Part shown: positions 43,040-52,464 of the stretch, in pieces
How positions within the stretch are numbered: the first letter of the stretch is position 1
Layout: each line of letters starts with the position of its first letter
Source of the DNA: an uncultured Syntrophomonadaceae bacterium
Lineage (GTDB): Bacteria > Bacillota > Dethiobacteria > DTU022
Assembly: GCA_964436815.1 (NCBI GenBank)
Contig: CAYTER010000006.1
Coordinates: 2,591 to 66,590 of the forward strand
Reading direction: 5' to 3'
Length of the DNA stretch: 64,000 nucleotides
Notes under the pieces: model-generated
Told to the model about the DNA's origin: nothing
Databases searched by the model: none
The model's input: only the letters and a program-made list of their open reading frames with translations
Made by a program: the position numbers and the translations under genes

Positions 43040-44470
43040 ATGAAAATACTTGAACCGCTAAGCAAAAACTGTTACCGGATTCCGAGGCAGGGCAGGATGA
43101 AGGCGGAAGTACATATATACCTGAACCGGCTACTCTATGAAGGTTTTTCCGAAGATAATTCATTGCAACAGCTGATCGATGCTGCTTCTTTGCCCGGAGT
43201 AATCAGCCCTGTGGTTGGGATGCCTGATTTGCACAGCGGTTTCGGACTACCGATTGGCGGGGTCATGGCCATGGATGCAGAAAACGGTTTGGTTTCTGCC
43301 GGGGCAGTGGGAATGGATATTAACTGCGGGGTCAGACTGCTGCGCACGAATTTGGCGGCGACTGATGTGAGCAGTGAAAATCTTAGGGCATTGATCCGGA
43401 TAATCGGCGAGAAAGTCCCTAGCGGCATCGGTACGAAGAGCAAACACGCGGGACTGATTAAAGAACATTTTAAAAAGATCCTGGTTCAAGGGGTTCCTTT
43501 TTTAGTCGAAGAGGGTTATGGCTGGCTGAGCGATCTTGAAGCAATCGAGGATCGAGGTTGTCTGACAGGGGCAGATTTCAGCTCGCTAAGCAGTAAAGCC
43601 ATTGAGCGCGGATTACAGCTGTCTACAATCGGCGGTGGCAATCATTTTATTGAAATTGGCATGGTTGAGGAACTGTTTGACAAGGATGCAGCCTCGATCT
43701 ACGGACTTGAAAAAGGCTATTTATCAATTCTCATTCATACCGGCAGCAGAGGTTTTGGTCACCAGATTTGCACAGATTACTCATCCGCTATGAAAAAAAC
43801 GGCCCGAAAATACAACCTGGAAATACCGAACCCGGGATTAGCCGCAGTGCCGATCAATTCGTCTGAAGGTCAGCAGTATATAGCAGCTATGAACTGTGCC
43901 ATTAACTTTGCTTTTTGTAACCGGCAGTGGATAACTGATGATATCCGTAAATCATTCAGCCAGCTGTTCGGCGGTAGAGCAGAAGATTATAATCTCGAAC
44001 TGGTCTACGATGTTGCACACAACACTGCAAAATTCGAAGTGGTTAACGGACAAAGACTGCTGATTCACCGTAAAGGTGCTACCCGTGCTTTGCCCTCAGG
44101 ACATTCTTTAAATCCGGATATTTATAAAGATTACGGTCACCCGGTTTTAATACCTGGCAGCATGGGAACCGCTTCCTATGTGATCAGAGCGGATAAAGGG
44201 GTCGAGAAGGTCTATAATTCTGTAAACCACGGTGCGGGTAGGGTATTGTCACGAACAGCAGCCAAAAAAGAAATCACAGTCGACGAGCTTAAACAAAAAC
44301 TGGGGCAGGTCATAGTTTCCGGCCGCAGCTTTAAAGCATATCTTGATGAAGCTCCGCAGGCCTACAAAGACATTGATCAGGTCGTCGAAACCCTGGTTGA
44401 AATCGGTATTAGCAGTAAGGTCGCCAGATTAAAGCCTCTGGCAGTTTTGAAGGGTGAAGGGAATGACTAG
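43040..44470 (+). CDS. rtcB: RtcB-family RNA 3'-phosphate ligase
   Basis: I prefer ATG 43040 (9 nt after GAGG) to the track's TTG at 43034. MDINCGVRLL, GGGNHFIE, HTGSRGFGHQ, and VNHGAGR. Confidence 0.9.
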   Translation: MKILEPLSKNCYRIPRQGRMKAEVHIYLNRLLYEGFSEDNSLQQLIDAASLPGVISPVVGMPDLHSGFGLPIGGVMAMDAENGLVSAGAVGMDINCGVRLLRTNLAATDVSSENLRALIRIIGEKVPSGIGTKSKHAGLIKEHFKKILVQGVPFLVEEGYGWLSDLEAIEDRGCLTGADFSSLSSKAIERGLQLSTIGGGNHFIEIGMVEELFDKDAASIYGLEKGYLSILIHTGSRGFGHQICTDYSSAMKKTARKYNLEIPNPGLAAVPINSSEGQQYIAAMNCAINFAFCNRQWITDDIRKSFSQLFGGRAEDYNLELVYDVAHNTAKFEVVNGQRLLIHRKGATRALPSGHSLNPDIYKDYGHPVLIPGSMGTASYVIRADKGVEKVYNSVNHGAGRVLSRTAAKKEITVDELKQKLGQVIVSGRSFKAYLDEAPQAYKDIDQVVETLVEIGISSKVARLKPLAVLKGEGND

Positions 44471-44497
44471 CAAACCATCCAAAGGAGAGGATAGCCT

Positions 44498-45460
44498 GTG
44501 CTTTATCTGAACGCCGCGGATCTGGCCAAAGCGGTAAATTATAAAGATTTAATGTCAGCTATAGAGAAAGCTTATGCTCTTGAAATCGCCGGTGCCTATA
44601 ACATGCCGAATCGTATTCACCTTGAACACCGGGGTAATACACTGCTTTACATGCCCTGTTTTCTCGAATCGGTTTTTGGCACCAAGGTTCTAAGCCTCTT
44701 TCCGGGAAACCCTCAGCTAGGTTTGCCGGTGATCAGCGGGCTTGTAATGCTTAATAATGCTGAAAACGGGTTGCCGGTAGCCTTAATGGACGGTGCGGCA
44801 ATTACCGCTTTTCGGACCGGTGCGGTTGGAGCTGTAGCAATCCGTCACACGGCCCAACCAGATTCAGCTACAGTAGGGTTAATCGGTTCCGGGGTTCAGG
44901 GTTATTATCAGGTACTATTCGCCTGCCAGGCCAGGGAAATCAAAAAAGCAATAATATTTGATCTTGATTCAGCGAAAGCTATCGATCTTGGTCAAAGGCT
45001 AAGGAAAGATCTCTCGCAGCTTGAAATTGTGACGGCGAATACGGTGGAAGAACTGTTGGTGGAGTCTGAAATAGTTATTACGGCTACCCCGGCGACTAGT
45101 CCTGTGCTTCCAGATAATGAAGAGCATTTACGTGATAAAAGCTACATAGCTATCGGGTCTTATAAGCCGGAGATGAGAGAGCTGCCCCATTCGCTCTATA
45201 ATCTCATTGAGAGCGTTTTAATTGACACGGAGCATGGGATTGAAGAATCAGGAGATTTAATAACGCCTCTTGAAAAGGACTGGGTAAAAACTAATCAGAT
45301 CATTAAGTTTGGTGAGTATCTTGACCAGGGTCCCCGGTTAAGAAAAACAGGAGAGACGACTCTTTTTAAAAGTGTAGGGATGGCCTTGTTTGATATCGTA
45401 GTCGCAGAAAGTATTTATCATCAGGCACTGCGAGAAGGGATTGGCACAAATCTCATTTAA
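44498..45460 (+). CDS. Ornithine cyclodeaminase/mu-crystallin-family NAD(P)-dependent enzyme
   Basis: 320 aa, GTG start after AAGGAGAGG. ITAFRTGAVGAVA and GLIGSGVQG Rossmann motif. Confidence 0.8.
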   Translation: MLYLNAADLAKAVNYKDLMSAIEKAYALEIAGAYNMPNRIHLEHRGNTLLYMPCFLESVFGTKVLSLFPGNPQLGLPVISGLVMLNNAENGLPVALMDGAAITAFRTGAVGAVAIRHTAQPDSATVGLIGSGVQGYYQVLFACQAREIKKAIIFDLDSAKAIDLGQRLRKDLSQLEIVTANTVEELLVESEIVITATPATSPVLPDNEEHLRDKSYIAIGSYKPEMRELPHSLYNLIESVLIDTEHGIEESGDLITPLEKDWVKTNQIIKFGEYLDQGPRLRKTGETTLFKSVGMALFDIVVAESIYHQALREGIGTNLI

Positions 45461-45492
45461 GAATTTTACTCTTACATAGGGAGAAATATACT

Positions 45493-47070
45493 TTGCAACA
45501 ACAACCCCCCAGCATCTTTAACGATGTAATCGGTCCGATCATGCGCGGGCCTTCCAGTTCGCATACGGCAGCAGCTGTTAGAATTGGAAAACTGCTGCAC
45601 CAATATTACAACGGTAAATTTAAAGAAATAATGGTTGAGTTTGATCCGCAAGGATCTCTGGCCACGACCTACAGCAGTCAGGGATCGGATATTGGTTTGG
45701 CAGGGGGGATCCTGGATATGGATCCTGCGGATCCGGGATTATTAAATGCCTTAAAAACTGTTGCTGAAAAGGGTGTTTCTTTAAAATTTAAGATCACCGA
45801 ATTTGAGGCAAATCACCCGAACACTTACCGGATTAGAGTAATCAGTCCCAGTTTGAGAGAAGATTGCTTTATTTTTATCTCAACTGGTGGCGGAATGATC
45901 GAGTTGCAGGAGATTAACGGTTTGCCCGTATCGATCAAAGGAGATTATTTTGAAACGCTTTTGCTGCTTAAAAGTACAGATGAAGATCTGGTCCGAAAAT
46001 TTAAGACCAGGTTAATGGAAGAATATGAGACTATCGATTACTTTCTGGTCAATTCTGCCGGAGACCTGACATTAGTTGATATTAAAAGCACATCAATACT
46101 ACCTGATATAAGTAATCTGGCGTATCAGTATTTCCCGGAATTGATCAAGGTAACCTGCTTTACACCGGTTCTTCCAGTCAGATCAAACATTAAGGTTAGT
46201 CTGCCATTTCTCAACGCTGGGGAAGCTTTAGAAAATGATCGAAATAAAAAGCGGGCTCCTTCTGAGCTGGCCATTGAGTATGAATGTGCCCGAAGCGGGT
46301 TAACGAAAGAAGAAATTATAGAACAGGGACGTTTTCTGATTAAGGTTATGAGAGAGTCCGTTCAACAAGGCTTTTCAGGCAAAAAGTATGAAGATCGGAT
46401 TCTAGGCCCGCAGGCGGTCATGCTGAAAGATTTTAAGGGACAGTTGGTAAGCGGATCATTAAATAAGCGGGTAATTACCTATATTACAGCGATCATGGAA
46501 ACAAAAAGTTCCATGGGGGTAATCGTGGCTGCACCTACAGCCGGTTCGTGCGCAGGTTTACCCGGAGTCCTTCTAGCAGTAGCAGATGAGCTTGGACTGG
46601 CGGAAGATCTTATTGTAAGAGGGTTGCTCGCAGCCGGTTTAATTGGCGTTTTTATTTCTGCTACAAGCACATTTGCAGCCGAAGAATGCGGATGCCAGGC
46701 TGAATGCGGTTCAGGGTCCGGCATGGCAGCGGCAGCGTTGGTTGAATTAGCAGGAGGATCATCTGAAACTGCATTTTCGGCCGCCTCGATGGCTTTACAA
46801 AATATTCTGGGACTGGTCTGCGATCCAGTTGCGAATCGAGTAGAGGTGCCCTGTCTTGGCAAAAATGTTTTAGCCGGTATGAATGCCCTGGCATCTGCCG
46901 ATATGGCACTTTCCGGTTTTGACCCGGTAGTACCCTTAGATGAAAGTATCATCGCCCTTGATCAAGTCGGTCGGCTTTTACCTGCCGAATTACGTTGTAC
47001 CGGAAAAGGGGGCTTGTCTATAACTCCGGCTTCAGTTGCCCTGGAAAAGAAATTTCCATCAAAAAGTTAA
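45493..47070 (+). CDS. Iron-sulfur L-serine dehydratase-family protein (fused beta+alpha, unusually long)
   Basis: 525 aa, TTG start. VIGPIMRGPSSSHTAAAVRIG and a C-terminal alpha-domain with AAEECGCQAECGSGSGMAA. Confidence 0.8.
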   Translation: MQQQPPSIFNDVIGPIMRGPSSSHTAAAVRIGKLLHQYYNGKFKEIMVEFDPQGSLATTYSSQGSDIGLAGGILDMDPADPGLLNALKTVAEKGVSLKFKITEFEANHPNTYRIRVISPSLREDCFIFISTGGGMIELQEINGLPVSIKGDYFETLLLLKSTDEDLVRKFKTRLMEEYETIDYFLVNSAGDLTLVDIKSTSILPDISNLAYQYFPELIKVTCFTPVLPVRSNIKVSLPFLNAGEALENDRNKKRAPSELAIEYECARSGLTKEEIIEQGRFLIKVMRESVQQGFSGKKYEDRILGPQAVMLKDFKGQLVSGSLNKRVITYITAIMETKSSMGVIVAAPTAGSCAGLPGVLLAVADELGLAEDLIVRGLLAAGLIGVFISATSTFAAEECGCQAECGSGSGMAAAALVELAGGSSETAFSAASMALQNILGLVCDPVANRVEVPCLGKNVLAGMNALASADMALSGFDPVVPLDESIIALDQVGRLLPAELRCTGKGGLSITPASVALEKKFPSKS

Positions 47071-47204
47071 AATAATAATAATTTCACAAGCAGGCTAGTA
47101 TTTATAGATTGCAGGATAAGCTTATGCTATAATTAAGAGTATATTAGAAACATTATAATATTTATAAATTATGGCATTTCAGATAAAATGCGGAGGTGGA
47201 TTTC

Positions 47205-47606
47205 TTGAAAATAGTCGGTACAAATGCAAAAGAATGCACGCTTTGCGGAGCTTGTGAAACTACGTGCTCCACTTTCTACTTTAAAGAAGATAATCGAAAA
47301 AAATCAGCGATCCAGATTGAGGAGCTTCCTAACAACGCCGCTGCAGCAATCCATGTATGCAACCAGTGTGGAGATTGTATCGCGGTTTGCCCTGTTTTAG
47401 CCATAAAGCGCACTAAAAGCGGAGTTGTTGTTATTAATAAAAAGCTTTGCATCGGCTGTTTTAATTGTGTCGGGGTTTGCCCCACAGGAACAATGTTCTG
47501 GCATGAAGAACTAACTGAACCTTTTAAATGTATAGCCTGCAGCCGCTGCACAAAAGAGTGCCCGACGGAAGCAATATTTATGCAGGAAGTATCAATTCCT
47601 GTTTAA
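47205..47606 (+). CDS. Poly-[4Fe-4S] ferredoxin (AOR electron-transfer partner type)
   Basis: I prefer TTG 47205 (8 nt after GGAGG) to the track's GTG at 47196. It has several CxxCxxCxxxCP-type motifs (CNQCGDCIAVCP, CIGCFNCVGVCP, CIACSRCTKECP). Confidence 0.8.
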   Translation: MKIVGTNAKECTLCGACETTCSTFYFKEDNRKKSAIQIEELPNNAAAAIHVCNQCGDCIAVCPVLAIKRTKSGVVVINKKLCIGCFNCVGVCPTGTMFWHEELTEPFKCIACSRCTKECPTEAIFMQEVSIPV

Positions 47607-47639
47607 GTCTCGTAAATCTTATTTTAGGGAGGATCAGTA

Positions 47640-49799
47640 ATGACTAATGCTGTTGAGAAAATGCGCTCATCAAGGCGAGTGCTTGCTGAATTTAATTATG
47701 AACCAGCTAAAATCGATCGCGGCTATGCCGGAAAAACTCTGTATGTAAATCTTTCCAATAATATAATTGAATCCAAGACAGTTACCCAGCAGATGAAGGA
47801 TATTTTTATCGGCGGAAAAGGTTTTGGACTCTGGTATCTTTGGAATGCTGTTAAACCGGAAACAAAATGGAACGATCCTGAAAATGAAATAATTATATCC
47901 CCCGGACCAATAGCCGGCATAACCCAGTACCCGGGTTCCGGAAAATCACTGGTAGTCACTCTTTCACCCTTAACTGATTCAGTAATGGACAGCAATGTGG
48001 GTGGTTTTTTTGGTCCTTACTTTAAATTTTCAGGTTGGGACGCCCTGGAGATTCAGGGAAAAGCCAACAAAGATGTTGTAGTCTTTATCGACGGCGATAA
48101 AGGGCTGGTGACAATCGAAGAAGTTGATCTGGATCCAGGTGCGAGCCATCTGGTGAGCGAACGTCTAACCGAACTGATGGCTGAATCTGAACAGGATAAG
48201 AAGAATATATCAGTAGTATCTACCGGTAGCGGTGCAGAACACACCAGGGTAGGCATACTGAACTTTTCTTTTTATGACCTGCGAAGAAAAGTAGCCAGGT
48301 TAAAACAGGCTGGCAGAGGCGGTATCGGCACGGTATTCAGGGATAAAAAACTGGCAGCGCTGGTAGTTAAATTTTCCAATTTAAGCGGTAAAAGCAATAA
48401 CCCGGCCGACCCTGCAGCTATTGCCCGGACCGGGGTTAAGATTACAAGAGAGATCAATAAGTTTGATGATCAGCAGTTCAGAATGAGGCAGGTTGGCACC
48501 GCCAACCTGATGACTCCGATGAATGATTATGACCTGCTTCCGGTTCATAATTTTAAATACGGTTCGCATAAAGATGCCGGTGGTCTCTCGACAGAAGTTC
48601 TTCGGAACCGATTTACACAAAAGATGCCTGATGGCTGTTGGGTTGGCTGTGCTCTCTCCTGTTGTAAAGCGGTTGATGATTTTGAATTGAAGAGCGGACC
48701 TTTCAAAGGTGAAAAAGTTGTAGTTGATGGTCCTGAATATGAAAATGCTGCCGGGCTTGGTACAAACTGCGGTATATTTGATCCAGATTATGTGATCGAG
48801 GCTAATTTTTACTGTGATACCTATGGATTGGATACCATATCAACGGGTACAATCATCGCTTTTATTATGGAGTGCTATGAAAACGGCATTTTAAACAAAG
48901 AGATCACCGGCGGGCTGGAACTTAATTTCGGAAACGCCGATGCGGCAATGGAGCTGATTCACCAAATGGGCCAGGGACGCGGTTTCGGCAAGATCGCCGG
49001 CCAGGGAGTGCGGCGGATGAAGAAGATCTTTGCCGAAGAATACGGCGGAGATCCTGCGTTCCTGCAGGATATTGGTATGGAGAATAAGGGACTTGAATAT
49101 TCACAGTACCAGGCTAAGGAATCCTTGGCCCAGCAAGGTGGTTATGCCCTGACCAATAAAGGACCTCAGCATGATGAAGCCTGGTTGATTTTTATGGACA
49201 TGGTCAACAATCAGCTGCCGACTTTTGAGAAGAAAGCTGAAGCTTTGCATTATTTCCCAATGTTTAGAACCTGGTTTGGCCTTCAGGGTTTATGTAAACT
49301 GCCATGGAATGATATTATCCCGGAAGGGAATGCAGAGACGGAAGCACCGGAAAAAATACCGGAGCATGTCCAAAATTATGTTGATATTTTTAACGCAGTA
49401 ACCGGAAAAAATATTAACAAAGAAGAGATGATTCGCCAGTCAGAGAGAGTTTATAATTTCCAGCGGGTTTTTAACTTAAAGATGGGTTTTGGAACCAGAG
49501 AACACGATGCCGCGCCCTACAGGGCGCTTGGACCGGTGACTGAAGAAGAATACGAATCCCGTCAGGATCGTTATGATAAACAATTAAAGGAAGATGCCGG
49601 CATCGATCCGGCAGGAATGACAACTAAAGAAAAAGTCGCCGCGATGCGCAAATATCGTCAGGATCGCTACGATACCCTGGTTGATGTTGTTTACAAGCGC
49701 AGGGGCTGGAACGAAAACGGCGTGCCCAAAATTGAGCATCTGAAAGAGCTCGGGATTGATTTCCCGGAAGTGATCGAAGTTGTCAGGAAGCACCTGTAA
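47640..49799 (+). CDS. Aldehyde:ferredoxin oxidoreductase (AOR) family tungsto/molybdopterin enzyme, long (719 aa) variant
   Basis: N-terminal AOR_N-like region (GGKGFGLWYLW), EYENAAGLGTNCG, DTYGLDTIS, and a Cys cluster GCWVGCALSCC. Confidence 0.9.
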   Translation: MTNAVEKMRSSRRVLAEFNYEPAKIDRGYAGKTLYVNLSNNIIESKTVTQQMKDIFIGGKGFGLWYLWNAVKPETKWNDPENEIIISPGPIAGITQYPGSGKSLVVTLSPLTDSVMDSNVGGFFGPYFKFSGWDALEIQGKANKDVVVFIDGDKGLVTIEEVDLDPGASHLVSERLTELMAESEQDKKNISVVSTGSGAEHTRVGILNFSFYDLRRKVARLKQAGRGGIGTVFRDKKLAALVVKFSNLSGKSNNPADPAAIARTGVKITREINKFDDQQFRMRQVGTANLMTPMNDYDLLPVHNFKYGSHKDAGGLSTEVLRNRFTQKMPDGCWVGCALSCCKAVDDFELKSGPFKGEKVVVDGPEYENAAGLGTNCGIFDPDYVIEANFYCDTYGLDTISTGTIIAFIMECYENGILNKEITGGLELNFGNADAAMELIHQMGQGRGFGKIAGQGVRRMKKIFAEEYGGDPAFLQDIGMENKGLEYSQYQAKESLAQQGGYALTNKGPQHDEAWLIFMDMVNNQLPTFEKKAEALHYFPMFRTWFGLQGLCKLPWNDIIPEGNAETEAPEKIPEHVQNYVDIFNAVTGKNINKEEMIRQSERVYNFQRVFNLKMGFGTREHDAAPYRALGPVTEEEYESRQDRYDKQLKEDAGIDPAGMTTKEKVAAMRKYRQDRYDTLVDVVYKRRGWNENGVPKIEHLKELGIDFPEVIEVVRKHL

Positions 49800-49832
49800 A
49801 CGATTTACACTTAAAGTAAGGAGCTGTCCAAT

Positions 49833-50030
49833 CTGATCACGGTAAACGGCAATAATCTAGAGTGGGAGGATAATTTAACAGTCGAGAAGCTGTTACGCAA
49901 GCTGAATTATACTTTTCCCAAAATAGTAGTCAGGGTCAATGGTACGGTAATTAAAAAGGAGAGTTGGCCTGATTATCAGGTCCCGGATGGCGCTGAAGTT
50001 CATGCTCACCATCTTATTGCCGGTGGTTAG
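49833..50030 (+). CDS. ThiS/MoaD-family beta-grasp sulfur-carrier protein (65 aa) with an apparent non-canonical CTG start
   Basis: Not in the ORF track. The frame is open from 49815 to TAG at 50028-50030 and contains no in-frame ATG, GTG or TTG. AAGGAG (49818-49823) is 9 nt before CTG 49833. The product (M/L)ITVNGNNLEWEDNLTVEKLL...VRVNGTVIKKESWPDYQVPDGAEVHAHHLIAGG ends in the diagnostic GG. Confidence 0.6.
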   Translation: MITVNGNNLEWEDNLTVEKLLRKLNYTFPKIVVRVNGTVIKKESWPDYQVPDGAEVHAHHLIAGG

Positions 50031-50301
50031 CAAAAGTTTACGAAAAATTAACATTCAAATAAAGGATAAAATGGCCTGATAGAGAATAAAATGTCATTCT
50101 GAGGTTTGACTATTGCCTATAATTGTATGGGAAGTCAGATATCAGTCAAGGAGGTGAGGCGTTAAGTAAATTGGCTAAATATTTGCCTTTTACGGATAAT
50201 GGTAAAGGGGGGATATGAGCTAAAAGAGGTTACTGTATTATATTGATGATCATGGTTTTACCTGTTACCGGAACAAAACCAAAAATTAGGGGAGGTCATT
50301 T

Positions 50302-51474
50302 TTGTTGTTGAAGAATAAAAGCATTCTATTATTAATGTTGGTTGTTGTTTTTGTGGTTTTTGGCGTTTTTGGTTGCGGTCAGCCGGCTACACCGCCTGCT
50401 GATGATACAGGCGAAGAGCCCGCTGCCGAATTTGAAGGCCAGGTTGTAATGGGCATCATGCTGCCGATTACCGGAGCTGTTGCTGAAAACGGAATCGATA
50501 TGGAGAATGCTGCAAAACTGGCGGTTGCTGAAATTAACGCTGCTGGTGGAGTATTAGGTTATGAGATTGTTACCTCGACCGGTGACGATGGTTGCGATCC
50601 GGCAATGGCAACTGCAGCAGCCAGCAAACTGGTTTCTGAAGAGGTCTTTGGTGTTGTTGGCGGTTACTGCTCAGGGGCTACCCTGCCAACCCTGAAAATC
50701 TACGGTGACGCCGGCATTCCTATCGTTTTGGCTGCTTCAAACTCAACCGCACTGATTGATGAGAACCCGGGTTGGGCTTTTCTGATTAATAGTACCGGCG
50801 ACATGCAGGCTGAAAACGCTGTAGCACAGTTTGAAAAACTTGGTGTTGAAACTATCGGGATCATTGATGCCGGTGACGCCTATTCAGCCGACGTTAAAGT
50901 TCAGACAACTGCTCAGTGGACTGCTAAAGGCTTTGAAGTTGTGATGGATGGTACTGTAAACCCCGGCGAGCAGGATTTCTCCTCGCTTGTAACAACCATT
51001 ATGTCAATTAATCCAGGCGGCATTTACTGGACTGGTTACCACGCTGAAGGCGGACTGTTGGTTCGTCAGCTGCGTGAAGCAGGTTACGAAGGAGTTCTGA
51101 TGGTAGCTGATGGAACCAGCGACCCAGCCTTTATCGATATCGCCGGTGAATATGGTGAAGGAGTCTTTTTAACAGCTCCTCCTTTTGCCGATTTAACTCC
51201 AACTGCACAGGGTTTTGCTAATGATTATCGTGCAACTTACAACAGGAATCCAGGTGCTTATGCTGGTTTAACCTATGATGCAGTTTATCTTCTGGTTGAT
51301 GCAGTTGAGCGTGCCGGTACTTTTGACGGCGCAGCGCTTAGAGATGAACTTGCAGCAACAGCAAATTGGCCTGGAATTTCAGGTGTAGTAACATTTACGG
51401 ATAAAAACACTATGAGTACCAGTAACTTCGTTATACTCGTTGTAAAAGATGGAGTATGGGCATTCGCTGAATAG
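50302..51474 (+). CDS. Branched-chain/hydrophobic amino acid ABC transporter substrate-binding lipoprotein (LivJ/K-like)
   Basis: 390 aa. Signal peptide with a lipobox-like VFGC. Type-I periplasmic binding fold. Three tandem in-frame TTG codons at 50302-50310, so the exact start is ambiguous. Confidence 0.9.
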   Translation: MLLKNKSILLLMLVVVFVVFGVFGCGQPATPPADDTGEEPAAEFEGQVVMGIMLPITGAVAENGIDMENAAKLAVAEINAAGGVLGYEIVTSTGDDGCDPAMATAAASKLVSEEVFGVVGGYCSGATLPTLKIYGDAGIPIVLAASNSTALIDENPGWAFLINSTGDMQAENAVAQFEKLGVETIGIIDAGDAYSADVKVQTTAQWTAKGFEVVMDGTVNPGEQDFSSLVTTIMSINPGGIYWTGYHAEGGLLVRQLREAGYEGVLMVADGTSDPAFIDIAGEYGEGVFLTAPPFADLTPTAQGFANDYRATYNRNPGAYAGLTYDAVYLLVDAVERAGTFDGAALRDELAATANWPGISGVVTFTDKNTMSTSNFVILVVKDGVWAFAE

Positions 51475-51493
51475 CATGCCTGAGCCAAGTGGA

Positions 51494-51521
51494 ACGCAGG
51501 CCCGTTTAAACGGGCCTGCGT
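51494..51521 (+). other. Perfect 11-bp hairpin between the binding-protein and permease genes (partial terminator or mRNA stabiliser)
   Basis: ACGCAGGCCCG-TTTAAA-CGGGCCTGCGT. No T-run follows. Confidence 0.4.
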
Positions 51522-51540
51522 ATTCTAGAGAGGTGAGCAG

Positions 51541-52458
51541 ATGTCCTTCTGGGAAATATTTCTTCAGCAGCTTTTTAATGGCTTATTAGTTGGTTCTTTT
51601 TATGGTCTTGTCGCAATTGGATATTCAATGGTCTATGGAATTATCAAGCTGCTCAACTTTGCTCACGCAGACATTTACATGAGCGGTGCTTTTGTTGGGA
51701 TGGTAGTTTTATCGTTTTTTGCAAATACTTTTATTGGTAATGCCTGGCTAGGTATTTCTATATCCCTTATCATTACCATGTTACTCGTTGGTCTGCTTGG
51801 AGTTATTATCCAACGAGTTGCTTATCGCCCAATGCTAAAGGCCCCCCGTCTGTCAATTCTAATTACTGCATTAGCGGTGTCCATGCTTTTATATAATTTC
51901 GTTTTGCTGCTTACCGGTGGTCAGGTAAGAGCTTTTAGAACTGGATTATCTGGAGATAGCTTTTTTATCGGTTCACTGAGGCTAACAGAAACCAGAGTGG
52001 TTCTATTAATTGCGGCATTCTTATTGATGTTAATTTTACACCAATTTATTACCAGAACTATGTACGGAAAAGCGATGAGGGCTATTGCCCTTGATCGCGA
52101 TACATGCCAATTAATGGGTATTAATGTATTCAAAATAATCGCACTAACCTTTTTTGTCGGCTCTTCACTTGCGGCAGCAGCCGGTATTATGGCCGGAGTT
52201 TATTACGGCTCAGCTCACTATTTTATGGGCTTTTTAATTGGCCTTAAAGCATTCACTGCTGCAGTTATAGGTGGCATTGGCATAATCCCTGGAGCGATGC
52301 TTGGAGGTTTACTTTTAGGGTTGCTTGAATCTTTTGCAATTCAGCTTCCATTCATCGGTACCGTATGGAAAGATGTTTTTTCCTTTGTTTTTCTTATTTT
52401 ATTCTTAATATTTAAACCAAACGGTATACTAGGACGTATTGAAAGTGAAAGGATGTAG
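51541..52458 (+). CDS. livH: Branched-chain amino acid ABC transporter permease (LivH-type)
   Basis: 305 aa polytopic. LLNFAHADIYMSGAF. Confidence 0.9.
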   Translation: MSFWEIFLQQLFNGLLVGSFYGLVAIGYSMVYGIIKLLNFAHADIYMSGAFVGMVVLSFFANTFIGNAWLGISISLIITMLLVGLLGVIIQRVAYRPMLKAPRLSILITALAVSMLLYNFVLLLTGGQVRAFRTGLSGDSFFIGSLRLTETRVVLLIAAFLLMLILHQFITRTMYGKAMRAIALDRDTCQLMGINVFKIIALTFFVGSSLAAAAGIMAGVYYGSAHYFMGFLIGLKAFTAAVIGGIGIIPGAMLGGLLLGLLESFAIQLPFIGTVWKDVFSFVFLILFLIFKPNGILGRIESERM

Positions 52459-52464
52459 CGCCCT

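Noticed and set aside
50031-50301. A 270-nt leader upstream of the Liv-type transporter, considered as a T-box or other riboswitch. It contains hairpins such as CCTTTTAC-GGATAATG-GTAAAAGG at about 50196-50219.
   Set aside because: I found no T-box consensus, no specifier/antiterminator architecture and no terminator with a T-run. The short hairpins are unremarkable for AT-rich leaders. It is left unassigned rather than called.
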